Source of the DNA: Podarcis melisellensis
Taxonomy: Eukaryota
Direction: 5' to 3' (one strand)
DNA: 64,000 nt
Assembly: GCA_964234715.1 (NCBI GenBank)
Contig: OZ174291.1
Shown here: piece after piece, positions 1 to 14,241 of the stretch
Layout of the letters: the number at the start of each line of letters is the position of its first letter
How positions within the stretch are numbered: the first letter of the stretch is position 1
Translations under genes and position numbers: made by a program
Notes under the pieces: model-generated
What the model saw: only the letters and a program-made list of their open reading frames with translations
Told to the model about the DNA's origin: nothing
Database searches by the model: none

Positions 1-388
1 AAGTGCACACTTGACACATGGATTATATGGCATCTTACATATAGAAGAGATCAAGAGAGAGAGAAGCAGAGGAGCTGATTTGACAGTGGAACATACTCCT
101 CACGTCTAATTCCGGCACCAGCAATAGCTGATTCAACCTGGTTACAGAAGAGGGAGAAGTGAGGCCACAAGGCCCACCCCACCGGGCTGCCTAGAACCAA
201 CTGCCATTTTGCTTCTCCTTCAAACTGTCTCCTGCAGTTATCATTCCACCCTGTCATTATGTACACAGGAGGCCACTTTTTGTTGAATCTATGTAGCTCA
301 GTATTATCTGCACTGACTTAACAGCAGCTTTTCAGGCAGGTAGGTTTCCCAAACCTACCTGAAGATGCTGGAGATTCAGCCTGGGACC

Positions 389-953
389 TGTCTCACCAGC
401 GTGGTGCATGCTCTAGTTATCTCTTGCTTGGACTACTGCAATGCGCTCTATGTGGGACTATCTTTGAAGGTGACCCAGAAACTACAACTAATCCAGAATG
501 CGGCCGCCAAGACCATATAACACCGGTCTTGAAAGACCTACATTGGTTTCCGAGCACAATTCAAAGTGTTGGTGCTGACCTTTAAAGCCCTAAACGGCCT
601 TGGTCCAGTATACCTGAAGGAGCGTCTCCACCCTCATCGTTCTGCCCGGACACTAAGGTCCAGCTCCAAGGGCCTTCTGGCAGTTCCCTCGCTGCGAGAA
701 GCCAAGTTACAGGGAACCAGGCAGAGGGCCTTCTCGGTAGTGGCACCCGCCCTGTGGAACACCCTCCCATCAGATGTCAAAGAGAAAAACAACTACCAGA
801 ATTTTAGAAGAAATCTGAAGGCAGCCCTGTGTAGGGAAGCTTTTAATGTTTAATAGACTATTGTGTTTTAATATTCTGTTGGAAGCTGCCCAGGGTGGCT
901 GGTGAAACCCAGCCAGATGGACAGGGCATAAATAGTAAATTATTATTATTATT
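389..953 (+). mobile_element. L2-clade LINE 3' fragment
   Basis: Decayed ORF2 C-terminus (LDYCNALY..., HITPVLKDLHW, FKVLVLTFKALNGLGP, RAFSVVAP.LWN.LP), 3'UTR and (ATT)n tail. Confidence 0.88.
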
Positions 954-1194
954 CTGTAAAGCAGATGCTCTACCACTAAGCTATGGCCCATCAATGACAT
1001 GAGTGGCACTCTGGCTATCCTCCTCCCCCCACACCTCCTCCAAGGCAGAGCAGGCATCCAGGTGTCCTACACACAAGAGCACAAAGAGCTGCAGGTAAAA
1101 GGTTGAAATCCCTATCAGGGGGAAAACTGCCATTCAAACTCTATGGAGACTCCAAAATGCAACATGTGAGAAACGACGAGATAATCAAACTTAC

Positions 1195-1400
1195 CAAATT
1201 CTACATCAGAGAGGTCTCCTCCATTGGAGAAATCTCTTGAACAGTTTCCATTCACTAGTTTACTGCTGTTAGACTTGGAATCTGAGGCACAAGCTTTGGC
1301 CACTGACTGGACAAGATGTTCGTCATCAGCATTTCTCCAGCCCCACCAGCTGACCTCTGGCTGCCCACAACGGGAAATGACCGCCCCATTGCCCTGATGC
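1195..1400 (-). CDS. MTMR3: MTMR3 coding exon HQGNGAVISRCGQPEVSWWGWRNADDEHLVQSVAKAC...GGDLSDVEF
   Basis: 206 nt, TAG/GTAAGT; RCGQP..WWGWRN motif of MTMR3/4. The gene continues off-window. Confidence 0.96.
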
Positions 1401-2637
1401 CTATAGGAAACAGAAATGAAACAGCTAACAGTAATAGGGCCCTAAGTGCAGGTAATGCTAGAGCAAATGCACAGTGACATAGGAATTGCCACCTTACTGT
1501 AGAATTCCAAAAGTACTTTTGACTTTCTAAAGCAGAAATACTTTCTATGAAATACTGTTTCATAGGGCATTCTAATGTATGCCCTATGAAAACAGTATTT
1601 CATAGTGAACTTCATTTGAATCAACATTTGTAATCAAAACGCAGCAAAAAAATGAAGTTAGGATTTAAAGAGATTTGTGTCAGAATACTCAAGAAATAAG
1701 TTTCAAAGTAACTGAACCAATAGATCTATGACCACTTATACCAGGGTCAGAATTTCAACCAGTTTTTGTTGATGCATATAAAATGTCTATAATGCAGAGA
1801 TGTCTAGAACTGGGAGGCTGCCTGTTTAATCCTAAAGAGAGATCAGTGACAAACTGCCAAAGTTAATGATGATCAGCAGCTTCAGTACTTTAGTTGTGCC
1901 TTTTGTTCAGAAACAGGCAGTCCGTGAAGCCCATCTATAGTTTTATATAACCTGTGCTGTGTCCCAAAACAACCCATGTAGCCAACTATTATTATTACAT
2001 TTCTAGACTGCTCGTCAAACAAAGTCCCCTGGGCAGTTTACAAATAAATCAAATAAAATCCAGTCAATAAAGCATTTCTCAAAACAAATGACATAAAAAC
2101 CTCAGAATTCAGTGCAAAATCAGGACCAAAAAAACACAACTGAAAACAGACCAGCAAGATAAAGACCAGTTATAAAAACCGGCCTCAAAATCATTAAAAG
2201 GAAAGCAATGTGCCCAGGTTTAAATACACCAAAACATAAGAGTAAAATTAAAAGGTAGAATATTTTGCACCTGATGCCAAAAAGGTCATAATCAAAGAAA
2301 CAAATGGACTTCCCTGGGGAGACCATTTCACAACTGTTGGACTACAAAGACAGCCACCATTTATCCAATCATTCCTACACATCTTGAAGGGCTTGTGGGC
2401 TTTGCAGCAGGGCCAGCTGGAGTGAATCAAGGAACAAGTCCCAGCCAGCTGAGCTTACAGCTGAGCATCTGGGGTCAATGCTCCATAGCCCAAAGAAAGG
2501 CAAGTAAAAGATAAATGGTGTCAGTTTTGTAGTTCAGCATAGTTGCCAAGCTGCTTGATTAAGCATCTGGCAAGGTGATAAAAAGTGCACACACCACTTT
2601 ATAGTCAATTTAATGGGTGCTTCAGCGCAGGCCTCAC

Positions 2638-2751
2638 CTGTAAACTACAGCAGGGATGCGTTTCCAAGATCGGAAGCCTGCCACACTTTCCAGCTCTTTG
2701 TCTGTGATCCAAACAGGAACTATGAGTTCTTGAGGGTAGCTGCTACAGAGC
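2638..2751 (-). CDS. MTMR3: MTMR3 coding exon LCSSYPQELIVPVWITDKELESVAGFRSWKRIPAVVYR
   Basis: 114 nt, CAG/GTGAG; myotubularin LC.SYP...FRS..RIP motif. Confidence 0.96.
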
Positions 2752-3413
2752 CTGTGTGGGAAAAGGAGGACATTTTTTTAAAGCCATGCATGTATAGCCA
2801 CAGCACTGGTTTCCTTCCATGGCAAGCTGTTAGCACCCTTCCAACATAGAAGCCCAAGGTGCAAAGTATTCTTTCCTTGTCTTCCCTTATTCCACAGTCC
2901 TTTGTGAGCACTACTTTCTCAAGAACAGAGCAATCTTATAATTTAGCACTCGCCTAGGGAGAGCAAAAATGGTTTCCAAGTTGCCAGACACAGCCTTCCT
3001 TATATTACATGACCCAACTTTGCTGCTTGTTTATTCTCAGATGCTCCTGGGTCTTTTAAGGCCAGGAAGCAACTGGACAGGAGACCCAAAGTGTTTAGGT
3101 AGCTTGCACTATTCGTTTTAGCAGCCCTTTGAGGCTAGATGACACATAGCAGTGTCTACATACATTCCATGAAACAGGCTTGCAGTGGTGTATGCAGACA
3201 CTACAGAACTACAAAATGGCAGCTACATGGGGTGCTCTATCACTTTGCTTTTCAGAGCTTTAAGGCTACTAAGAAACCCCACCCGCTCAGCAGTACCAGG
3301 ATCTACAAGTGCATCCAACCACAGCAAGGGCTATGATATGCTCTGCTCCAAAATGCCTACTTCAATAAAAGTTAGGCTGGTGCCAGCTGTCTGCAAGCAT
3401 CCACAGAACTTAC

Positions 3414-3510
3414 TTGTACTTCTCGTTGATGTTGGAGATCCTCCAGGCATTGTTCATATCAAAACCCATCCGTTCAACCTCATTTTTAAATCTCGAACTT
3501 ACATGTTCTC
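3414..3510 (-). CDS. MTMR3: MTMR3 coding exon GEHVSSRFKNEVERMGFDMNNAWRISNINEKYK
   Basis: 97 nt, TAG/GTAAGT; contains the myotubularin WRIS.IN..Y motif. Confidence 0.95.
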
Positions 3511-3586
3511 CTACAACAAAAGAGGACAATAGTAGAATGAAAAGAACTTAATAAGAGATGGCCCCAGTGATTTTGTCAAGAAATTA

Positions 3587-3934
3587 AGTAAAGGTAAAGG
3601 GACCCCTGACCATTAGGTCCAGTCGTGGCCGACTCTGGGGTTGCGGCGCTCATCTCGCTTTATTGGCCAAGGGAGCCGGCGTACAGCTTCCGGGTCGTGT
3701 GGCCAGCATGACTAAGCCGCTTCTGGTGAACCAGAGCAGCGCACAGAAATGCCGTTTACCTTCCCAGTGTAGCGGTACCTATTTATCTCCTTGCATTTTG
3801 ACGTGCTTTCGAACTGCTAGGTTGGCAGGAGCAGGGACCGAGCAACGGGAGCTCACCCCGTCGCGGGGATTCTAACCACCGACCTTCTGATCGGCAAGTC
3901 CTAGGCTCTGTGGTTTAACCCACAGCGCCACACA
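3587..3934 (-). mobile_element. Sauria SINE (near full length)
   Basis: tRNA-like head, Sauria body (AGCAGTTCGAAAGCAC, AGATAAATAGGTAC), (ACCTTT)n tail; flanking repeat TGTCA(A/T)GAAATTA. Confidence 0.9.
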
Positions 3935-5418
3935 TGTCATGAAATTACAACAGTAGAAAATCTGCTTTGCTTATGCCAACCATGAAAATCTAAATTTAGT
4001 AACCATCTTTAGCAGTATCATGTTATTTTAATTGGCTCTGCACACAGTGATAGGTTAATAATCAGTTGTTTCCTGATTTTTAGCTGAAGACCAGTTAAGC
4101 TAAGGCCCCTTAAAGACTGGTTGGTATTTGCCTGCCCCATTCTAGTTTCAATGCACTTCTTCCCTTTGTAAAAAAAAGCGCTCAGACAAATTTTATTATC
4201 AATTTGTACAATTAGGCTGGTCTGTTTGAGGAACACATGATGCTACTCCACAAGCAAAAGACAATTTGTAAACATTCGCTGGGGAAAAAGCTGGTTCTTT
4301 AATAGCTGCAAATATCCTGTACTCATGCTCAGTTGGAAGAGCATGAGAATCTCAGGGTCATGAGATAACACACATACCAACTTTCCCCTGCCCAACGGAT
4401 GGGGCCAAGAGTGTGCTTCACTTCAATTCCATGGTCTAAGGATGACTTGCAGTTAGAGCTAAGTCCCCTTTCTGGGTGGGAGGGGTTAAGTAAGCTTCCC
4501 TGAATACGATAAAACCCCTCTGACTGTGGATCAGGTCCAAAGTTTTCACTGATCGTTGTGCAGCAGCAAAGCTCTCTTGATCTATGCCAGAAAATTGCAA
4601 TACTGAAAGCTCTTCTCAGCAGCACCTTCATACCACTGTATAATTCTGGTCAACTCTCAACTGAGTAAGAGTTTGAATTCAAGAATTCTGCTCTGCAGAG
4701 AACTGCATATATCAATGTGAATTTGCAAGAGCAAGAATAAGTGAAACATCATTTGCATTGTAACTGGCTGTTTCTATTATGAAGATGGCATTAGCAGAAA
4801 GAACTGTTGGTTTTCACCTGAAAGGCAGTTCTCCATTACTATAAGAAGGTGGAGCCATAACCCAACCTGATGACCTTCTATAGTAACAGCATAAAGTGTA
4901 ATAATAAATTTTTGTTTCTGCACATGCATACGTTATAGGCCTACGTCAAAAGAGAGGGGGAAGCACTTTATTACCACAAAATGCCTTCTCTCCATTTCAG
5001 CTTGTTGTTCCAGAGGGTCTGCAAAATGAGGCCAGAATATTCACCCATTATGAAAGAAGGCCAAACACATTGCCCTTGCTCTGATTTGGCTTTGTGGCAT
5101 CCCATAGTCAAGACTGAATGGATGCATGGTGACATGGCATCCTAATGCTGCTTTTGCAATACGCAATTGGCTTGAACTGCCTATGAAGAAGCCCATAGAT
5201 AATATTAAAAATAGCAGGAAAGCTGTATGTTGGAGAAAGCAGCCACATACAATGAACAAAAAAAAGGCAACTGAATAGTGGCAGCTTTAAAACTTATCCA
5301 TTAAACCCTTCACTCCCTTAACCTTGAAAGTTTCCAAGGAAAAAATCCACCAGCACCTCAATCAATCGGAACAAGCTCATTTATCTCTACAACTAGACAA
5401 AGAATGTCTGCATCGTAC

Positions 5419-5585
5419 CTGGTCGACACAAATCACCATGCTGTTCTTTTTCACTAGCATATACCTCCATACACCAGGCGTGGTAAGCAAATGAAAAGAG
5501 ATCCTCTATCTTTGAAGGAGGGCGGATGGCATTGTTCAGCCGTTTAAGCCACTCTTGACACTGCTCAAAAGTAGAGAACTGACAT
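5419..5585 (-). CDS. MTMR3: MTMR3 coding exon CQFSTFEQCQEWLKRLNNAIRPPSKIEDLFSFAYHAWCMEVYASEKEQHGDLCRP
   Basis: 167 nt, CAG/GTAC, phase 2-1; translated manually (not in the ORF track). Confidence 0.95.
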
Positions 5586-6528
5586 CTGTAAAAAAATAAA
5601 TAATATTTTTTTTTATGCCAGATAAAAATCTATTAATTCTCACCCAGAGAGATCCAAGCCACAGAATCCAAGTTTAGCTTCAAGGGCAGACAAGAAGAGA
5701 GAAGACACTGGCATTTGGCTTCAGAAGCTGCACTGTATACATTTTACGACAAGTGACCTCTAGTATGCAAAAATGCAAAGTTAGTATCATTACCTCAAGA
5801 TCATCCATTTTTAATCTAGGGTTCTTTGCATAAACCTTCAGACTATAGCCATGTTTATCTAAATACTTTTTTTTTTTTAAGTTGAAGAAAGGCCATCACC
5901 ACCTCTGGCAGCAAGAAGCAAAATCATGCAAATAATAGATGAGAACAAGCCTTTTCTACAGTGGCTTCCCGTCTGTGACCTGCTCCCCTCCAGGGAGGCT
6001 CGCCTTGTGCCTTCATTAAGTGCCAGGCAAAATCATTCCTCTATAACCTGATTAAACATTCAATGACCTTTTTAAAATTCATGATGGTGGGGTTATTGGT
6101 TTTTGTTTGTTTTTTTATTATGTATTTTCTTATTTTGTATTTTTATGTTGTGAATCGCCCTGTGATCTTCGGACGAGGTGTGGTACACAAATGTAATAAA
6201 TAAAAACAACAACAATTCGTGAAAATAAACACACAATGAAATAAGCTGTTTCAGCTAATCTGAGGCACCCACAATTGATAGAGATGGATAATCTGTTATA
6301 CTCCTGCAACTGTATGCCTTCAACTGAAAAGTTAAACTGCTGCAGTGGATTGTCAATGTTCTATTGATACAAGACAAGACAAGAGGGAAAACGTTGCCCA
6401 ATCATGAGACCAAGTAATAATTATTAAACAGGGCACTGATACCAATCTTTAGCAGGCCATGCTTCCTTGTAATAGTGTAACGTGTACAACCATCAGGATA
6501 ATTTATATGTATATATACACACACATAC

Positions 6529-6611
6529 CTGATAACTTTGCAGTCCTTACAAGTCAAGTGAAGCTGAAATATATCCCGGCATTCAACACTCTCTATAAGC
6601 TGCAATGGAAC
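6529..6611 (-). CDS. MTMR3: MTMR3 coding exon VPLQLIESVECRDIFQLHLTCKDCKVIR
   Basis: 83 nt, CAG/GTATG, phase 0-2. Confidence 0.96.
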
Positions 6612-9600
6612 CTGTGATTAAAAAGATTAAATGACCTTGCTTAAAAAAGGCTGACACAGTTTCACAGCATTTAATATAAGGATTTATTAGACTATTGTCC
6701 CTCCTTTTCTTCCCATATGAATAGGTACAGTTGAGTCATGGAAAAGGAACATGTGTAATTATGACACAGCATAAACAGGCTCCTATTTTGTGGCATCTTA
6801 AAGGTGAACACATTTATTATAGCATTTAAGTTTTCATGGACTAGGTTGCGCTTCACCAGATGCAAGAAGTGTTACACAAGAGATATACACTTGCCTTCCT
6901 TAAAATATGCTTTATGTTTGTGGTACTTATAAAGCACATTTTAATGCAATCACTCAAGTTCCATCTTTAAAGCAGCAATAATTCTATAGGAAAAGAGAAC
7001 TACATTTCTCTCACGCATTAGAGACAGTTCTTTAGCTTATATGGTTTAGTCATGCAAGACTTCTTGTGCAGTGCACCTTTCTCATCTGCAAATCTAAGAA
7101 ACAATCACACTCCTGCTTTACCTTCTTCCACTCCTGTTTACCTTCATCCACTCCTTGGGGCAGGAGGGTTTAGGGGGAGTTCTCTACAGAGCAAATGTTG
7201 GGATAAGGGAGAAATCTGCCCTTCACAATTCTGATACTGGATTCTCCTGTGCCTCCACTTCAACAGTATCCCCAAATTCAGCACTGCTTCCTTTTAGAGT
7301 AAACAGCAGCCTTTAACTCACAACTGATAAATAAAACACCACACCTATATCAATATGTAGACACGGGTCAATCTGTCTTGATACGGCTTCTGCCGACAGA
7401 AACCCTACAGAAACTATGGTGTATTCTCAACTACACCCCACTAGCAATCACTATAATATATGGACCAACTCACCATAATTATGTCCATTATATGAGCTGT
7501 TAAGCAAGTTTATCACTTGTCTCTTGGCAGCCGTGAACTTCTGATTGGGCAGAAGGTGCACACCCGTCAAACAGGAGAAGGCCCATGTGCAATGGGGGCA
7601 GCCAGTGAGACTAAGCAACAGCATTGCCTCAAAGCCAGTGGAGGCTGGTCCATTAAGCCAAACAGGGCACTGGACCACCAATCTCACTCTACTTCAGCCA
7701 GCCCCCACCTGCTTTGCCTTCCTACTGGGCTGGTTCTAGTGGCTACTTCCTCCTCCTTAGTTGAAGTTGGCACTGCAGAACCCAGCAGAGAAGAGGATGG
7801 AGGCAAAACTAAAATTCGCTGGCTCCACCTAATGTTGGTCTCCCTGACTTCCACCTTGGCAGCCCCTATGGGCTGGGTCCTTGGAATGCATTCCTTACCA
7901 AGATTCTCATATTAAAACCTCCTATCACTTCTTATTAGTTCAAATAGATGTATAGATGTTTCCTACTGCCCTCCTTATTTTTTCTCCCGCCCTGTTCCTT
8001 GCCTCCATCTGTTCCCCTTCTCTCTTTCCCTCTAAACAACCCTCCTTTATTAAATACAGCCTTCCACAGTATTCTCTATGAAAAGCGGATCATTTGCTTC
8101 CGGGGGGTGGGGGTGGGGGTGGGGGGATATTAATACTGGAGTTAATACTGGAATATTAACTTTCCTTCATCTCGTTTTGCCAAGCATTCTGCCTCACCTT
8201 GCCCTGTGAATTCCATTTGCTTTTCTACCAGGCAAGTTCAGGAAGGAGAATGCTGACAGCTAGGAACTACCTCCAGGGTTAGAGGCTGCATGCAGTGAAT
8301 ACCATCTGCTGGAAACAATAGTGGGGAAAGGGGCTACAGCACTCATGTCTTGTTTGTGTGGCCATGTGGTTGGCCACTGCAGAAAACAGGATACTGGACT
8401 AGGTGGGCTTTTGATCTGATCCAGCCGCCAGATTCTTCTTGTGTTCAACAGTCATGCTTTAGAACACCCCAAATCCGTGCAGTTAGTTCAGCCTCCAAAA
8501 CACAAAATGCTTGGTCAGGCAGCAGTGCACTAATAAGGCAGTATCACTAAAACAATGAACAAACCATTCTGCCTGTTTTCAGTGAGCATGCAAAGCTATC
8601 CAAACCCACCAGTGTCATTTTACAGTGGGAAATCTCTAAGCATGTTTATTACCTTTAATTAAAAAAAATGATTTCCAACAAATGTTAATATTCCTGCTAT
8701 GTGTCTGAATTTGTTATGGACTGCAGATGAAGAGAGCTACATTTGGTGAAACTAAATTATTGCTCACGAGTAGAGGGGCAAAAATTCTAAATATTAACTG
8801 AACCGAACAGGAAATAAGTTTCACTGTGTCATTAAACGTCCGTTGTTTTACCCTTTAAATTTTAGTGCACTGCACCTACTACAAACTTATAAGAAGTCCC
8901 AATTCAAATCTATGACATTTGAACCAAATTATAATTCTGCTGTTGCTGTTCCCATAGCTTTACCAAATGCCACGATTTAAACACTTTCCTTAGATGGAGC
9001 CAACTAAGAAATAAACCTGGGCATTCAAGTTTTGATGTGCAAAGTGTGTATCACTGCTGAATTTGCAAACAATCCCACGGATGAATAAGTCAACACTTTT
9101 GAAAGCCACCATTCCATCAGCTTATTGCTTCGTTTACTGAGCCTTCTGTTTGCTTTTTCCAAAGGGGACATCAAGTTCCTATTGCTATGCGATCCATGAA
9201 TTTATCCAGTCAAGTCAAAATGCATCATGCAGTACAGCCCCTGCCTGTGTTGCAAGGTGAGCACTGGCCACACAAGTTTATTCTTTTCCAAGCAAAGGTG
9301 CAGCAGTAAAATGTTACACAGCAACACCGTTTTACTTACTGAGAGCTCACAAGCGGCAAGTTTACAGACTCTCTATTGAATTGTAAACAAAGGACAAAAT
9401 TAGAATGAAACCAAAAGGCAGGCTTTGGATATTCTCAGCTGAGTTTCCCTTTCTATTAGCCAGCTAACTTGCATACCAAACATGAATGCTGGGGGCCCAG
9501 GTTACTACTGCCAATGTGCAATATCAAGTGACTTCAGGAGCACTAATTTTTGCCTGGCCAAGAGGCACAGAAACAAAATTCAGGATGTCACATGGGCATA

Positions 9601-11314
9601 ACCTCAACTAGCATTACAACATTAAGTGCCAGCAGTTTTGTCAGGACTCAACATTCCAATCTGTGTATTAAACTGCAGTGTAAAATTTAACCAGAATGAT
9701 TATATTAATAAACATCTCCCTAGGATCAGATAAACACACTAAAAGTATGGAAATTAATAGCATCTCAGAATACTGAGAATTACAGCAGTATTACTTGTTC
9801 GGTGACACTGAAGCAGATACTTCTAAACTACCATGTTATGCTCTAGGAATCAGTCGCTTCTCAATGCAACGTATCAATTTTGTTTCCACTCATCTATTAG
9901 GATTAGCATACACACCCAGATTTCATTACAGAAGAGCAATATGTGTTTTAATTCTACTTCATCTCACCAACATGACTCGCATAATTCCACATGATTCGCA
10001 GCTGGTGATAAGCTATGAAGCAGAATGAACATTGCTTGGGTTGTCAGGTGAGGACCACAGCTGCGACCAAGAAACTGTTTTGACCTGTTTTAACTTTTAT
10101 ACACACACAACACAACACAACGCAAAAATTACACAGAAGAACTTCTAGTCCTAATCATTTATTTATTTTAAAAATGCAAAAACAAATTCAGACTGCCTAT
10201 CCACTTTAGCACACAGCAAGGGGGAACCAAGGAACTCTGTCCCATGGAATCTATTTTAAGCAGTAGAACAATAAATTCTCACTTGAATGAGGCTCTTTGT
10301 GTGCAGCACCAGAAGTCACTGCTGGTTTTTGTTTTTATTTAGGGAACTGAGTGCCTAACAAGTTTTGAGCTAGGTGCTCTTCAACAGGGTCAGAAATTAT
10401 ATGGATTTCCCTGTCACCCCTAAGAAAGCCAGATATTTCTAACAGGTCACTGAGTGACATGGAGAAAGTAATTTCAACAACAGCGTGATTCATTGCATGT
10501 AACAGCTACTATACAAAGAGCACTGTTATGCTCCATGACAGCCTCTTCCAATTTCCAAACAACCTCGTGCATTTTACTTTACCAGGTCTCTGAGCTGAAG
10601 CACATGGACCACAACCCAAGGAATGCTGGGCACAGACAATGAGCCATGCTCTCTACAAGTGGGCCTATATACTCCCATCAGTGGAAAACTGAATACTACT
10701 ATTCTACTACCTGTTGACATGTGGTCTCAGGGGCTGAGAAAACATTTGCACGGCACCACCAGTCTCAAAGGATCCTTGGCAGCAGCCATATTATGCAAGC
10801 TCACAGCTCGGTTCCCCAAAACCAGAGCAGGAATCTCAATACATTGCTACCAAATGGATTGGAACGTTTGCAAGGGCCAAAGACCTACTGCTGTTCAGCT
10901 GAGCTACAGCTGCCAAGAAGCAAATCCAAAAAGGTGTTCAATCAAGGATACTAATAAGGCAACCAAGAAGAATTAATGCAGCGGGGCTAGGACATGTGTG
11001 GGGAACCTTTGACCATCCAGCTGTTGTTGAGCTACAACTCCCAATATCCTAGGCAGTCAGCAGCATCTGGAGGGCCAAAGGTTCCCCACCCTGAACCAGG
11101 ATGAGGAAAGAAGAACTGCAGGTTAGTTATCTAGAACAGCAGCAGGGAGAGGGACATAATTCTTCATTCTGGATCCTTGTTGTTTCCTAACTTACATCTA
11201 TGAGTTACATGACAAGAGCCCCAATATATGAGGAATGGGTGGTTGTGCATTTCCCAACCACATAACCAGCAAGATTTCTAGCCGTGAACAGCCAGGGCAG
11301 ACGTGAAAACTTAC

Positions 11315-11431
11315 ATTCACAATTGATTCCTTAAATTTGATGTGAAGTCTATAGTTGGAAAGTGCAATGATGGCATCTTCAGCTCGACCTACGTATTCAG
11401 TGCTCTCCCCATGAAGTTCGGGGAACGGGAC
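11315..11431 (-). CDS. MTMR3: MTMR3 coding exon VPFPELHGESTEYVGRAEDAIIALSNYRLHIKFKESIVN (PH-GRAM)
   Basis: 117 nt, CAG/GTAAGT, phase 0-0. Confidence 0.96.
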
Positions 11432-11970
11432 CTGTTGAAAGGGGGGAGGGGGAGGGAAATAAGTTTTATGTAAACAAGTTGATAGTGGATTCTTAAGGAG
11501 TTCAGTCACTCACACCTCAAATGCAAAGCATACGGATTTTGACAGAATATGACAAGGACATGCATGTAGTTGTTAAAAGCCACAGAAAGCTTTGGGTAAA
11601 CACCTGACAGAACAAGGGCTTTAAGCTGTGTCACAAGACATTAAGAGGGGCATATTTTGATGGAAGCGGTTGCAGCTGAATGTTCCCACAGTAAGTTGAT
11701 TCTTGCTGAAACAACATTAATATGGCAGGCAGCCACAACCAAAGACCCTTTGGCAGTAGCTGCCTTCCACTTTCATGTGGTTTCAGTAAGATGCCCATTG
11801 TGAAAGTGTTGAGAAGCCGTCTCCACCTTCCACACTGAACAGGGAGTCAAAGATGATCTAAAATACCAAAAGGAGATTTGTCCCAAATAATCGTAGCTCC
11901 AGAAGTAGAAGAAGGGACTGTTACAGAGCTGAAATATCACCTCAGTTCAATATCAAGTTGGATAGAAATA

Positions 11971-12220
11971 CAGTCGTACCTTGGGTTTCTAACAGCTTAG
12001 TTCATTAACAACTTGGAATTCAAAAGTCGCAAACCCAGAAGTAGGTGTTCGGTTTGTGAACTTTGCCTCAGAAGTCGAACGTCTGGCGCAACTTCCGCAG
12101 CTTCCAATTGGCTGCAGGATGCTCCTGCAGCTAATCGGAAGCTGTGCCTTGGTTTCCGAATGTTTTGGAATTCGAACAGACTTCCAGAACGCATTCTGTT
12201 CGAAAACCAAGGTACAACTG
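11971..12220. mobile_element. Tc1/mariner (Tigger/pogo-type) MITE
   Basis: TIRs CAGTCGTACCTTGG / CCAAGGTACAACTG, with TA on both sides. Confidence 0.9.
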
Positions 12221-12804
12221 TATAAGCAGTGGACAGAAATAAAACCTGTGGAGCTACTTCAGAAAACAGGATTTTTTTCTGTATTATAAACAATTGTAGA
12301 ACTGACACAGAGGAAAGGAAAGTGTGACACAAAGAAGTCCAAGGTTTTCATATATACTGTATAGCTGAGGAATTAATTCTAACAAGGTGAAGGGAAGGAA
12401 GAGAAGGTCCCTTGAAAGTAAGTGATTAAGCCTAGTGAGGACATAAGAGCCCTGACAAATCAGACCAAAAGCCTATTGAATCCAGAAGACTGCTTCTCAC
12501 AATGGTCAGCTGGAAGCCCACAAGCAGGACATGAGCACAGGAGCCCTCCCTGGCTATTGTTCATCAGCAAGTGGCATTCAGAGACATGCTGCAGACAGCA
12601 TAGCTGGGTTTGCAGGAAAACTTCCAACTAAGAAACACACAGTTAAATAACTTTGGCAATCAAGCTCACAAGTGCAGCAACAGGATTTGAATTAATAGTC
12701 CCACGAGTTAAGATAAATCAAGTGTCTGATCTTGGCTAGAAATAGCATCATCAGATCTGCCCATGTGTCATTGCTGTGAGGGCAAAAGAGAGTCGGGTGA
12801 CTAC

Positions 12805-12894
12805 CTGGAGATTCTCATCCTCACGGATCAGCTGCTTCCTGGGGAAGATCTGATTAGCTTGGATGCATTCAAGGCTGTGTTGAGTCTCTTCATC
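12805..12894 (-). CDS. MTMR3: myotubularin-related protein 3, coding exon DEETQHSLECIQANQIFPRKQLIREDENLQ
   Basis: 90 nt, AG/GT bounded; peptide recognised as near-identical to the vertebrate MTMR3 N-terminus. Confidence 0.96.
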
Positions 12895-14241
12895 CTGAAA
12901 AAAAAACCAGATCATGCAGTTTATTTCAACAGTTATACACCCATACATACTAAATCTTTTCACTGAGTTTTTTGGGGGGTGGGGTGGGTCGCAGGGAATC
13001 ACTGCAATGCACCAATGAAATGTTTTGCTATTACAAGCCTCTAATTTTAAATTTGTCACCATCCTTTTATGCTTACACTACTGACCACTTTTTTGTCAGG
13101 AGCACACAAGGACTTTAGCTTGCTGCCTTTTGGTATCCACACAAATGTGGTGATCAGGGCAAAAGGATGTTCATAGTGCTGGCCTACTCTCCAGTTCCCC
13201 TTTCTCAACTGACTCAAATGACAGGAACTGGGCAGCACCTCCCTCTACCTGCTGCCTGCAGAGGTATCACTCAGGTCTGGAATGCCTTGAAATTTTAAAT
13301 AAACAATAAACAATTTTTTAAAAAATAAAATTTATGCACCACTTGGTTGTAGAAAAAAACCTGAAAGCTACTTACAAAAAAGATAAAACAATAACATTAT
13401 AACAAGGAAAGTTTACAACAATGTTTTAAAACAGAAAGTTAAAACAACCATAGACTAAAACAAATAAAAACTCAAAAGAAACTTCCCTTTCTTCCCTCCC
13501 CTGCCTAATGGTACTGACTCACTGAGAAATCTCAGCACTACTTCAGAAAACCTGTGGTTCTTTAAAAAAAATTGTTTTAATAACTGACAACTGTAACTAA
13601 TTGTAAACTCACTCGGAACAGTATAAAAACATATATTTTACACATTTTTTTCACTTCATGATAAACATATGAAAGAATGCAACTCTTTTTATTTTTTCCT
13701 TTATTTTAGATGCCATTTTGAGAAAGCTGATCAGCCTTGTATTTGACACCTGGACTGGTCAGATGCCCAGAAATGTAATCTAAGTGCATGGAACTCCAGA
13801 TTAGTTTCAAAGTGATGACAAATTGAATTTATGCCCCATGAATATTAAATACAGAGTTAAATTATGGTGCACAAGGTGCCAAAAATTGTGTTTTAACTGT
13901 GCTGAAGGATGTGATTTAGACACCTAAAACCCTGAAAGGGTGGGACATCAAAGCCACTTTCCTTCTCCAGGAACAGAAATAAAAAGTTAGTAAGTACTGT
14001 AAGTAATTTGAATCCCTAACTCTGGTGCTTTGTTGGAACCTGGCAGCTATTTATTATGTACTCAACAGGGCAGAAACGAGCCGTACCAATCCTTGCTCAT
14101 TTCAAACAGCTCTGTCCTTTGAATGAAATATAATCCCCAAGTGTAGTACAGCCTACTGTATACATCCAAGGGTCACACCCCACTTTCTCATGCTTCAACC
14201 TGCCTTGTGCTGATTAAGCTTAACAGAATTTGTACGCTTAC

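Noticed and set aside
8101-8127. G-quadruplex-like (GGGGGT)n run
   Set aside because: A common simple repeat with no contextual support for function.
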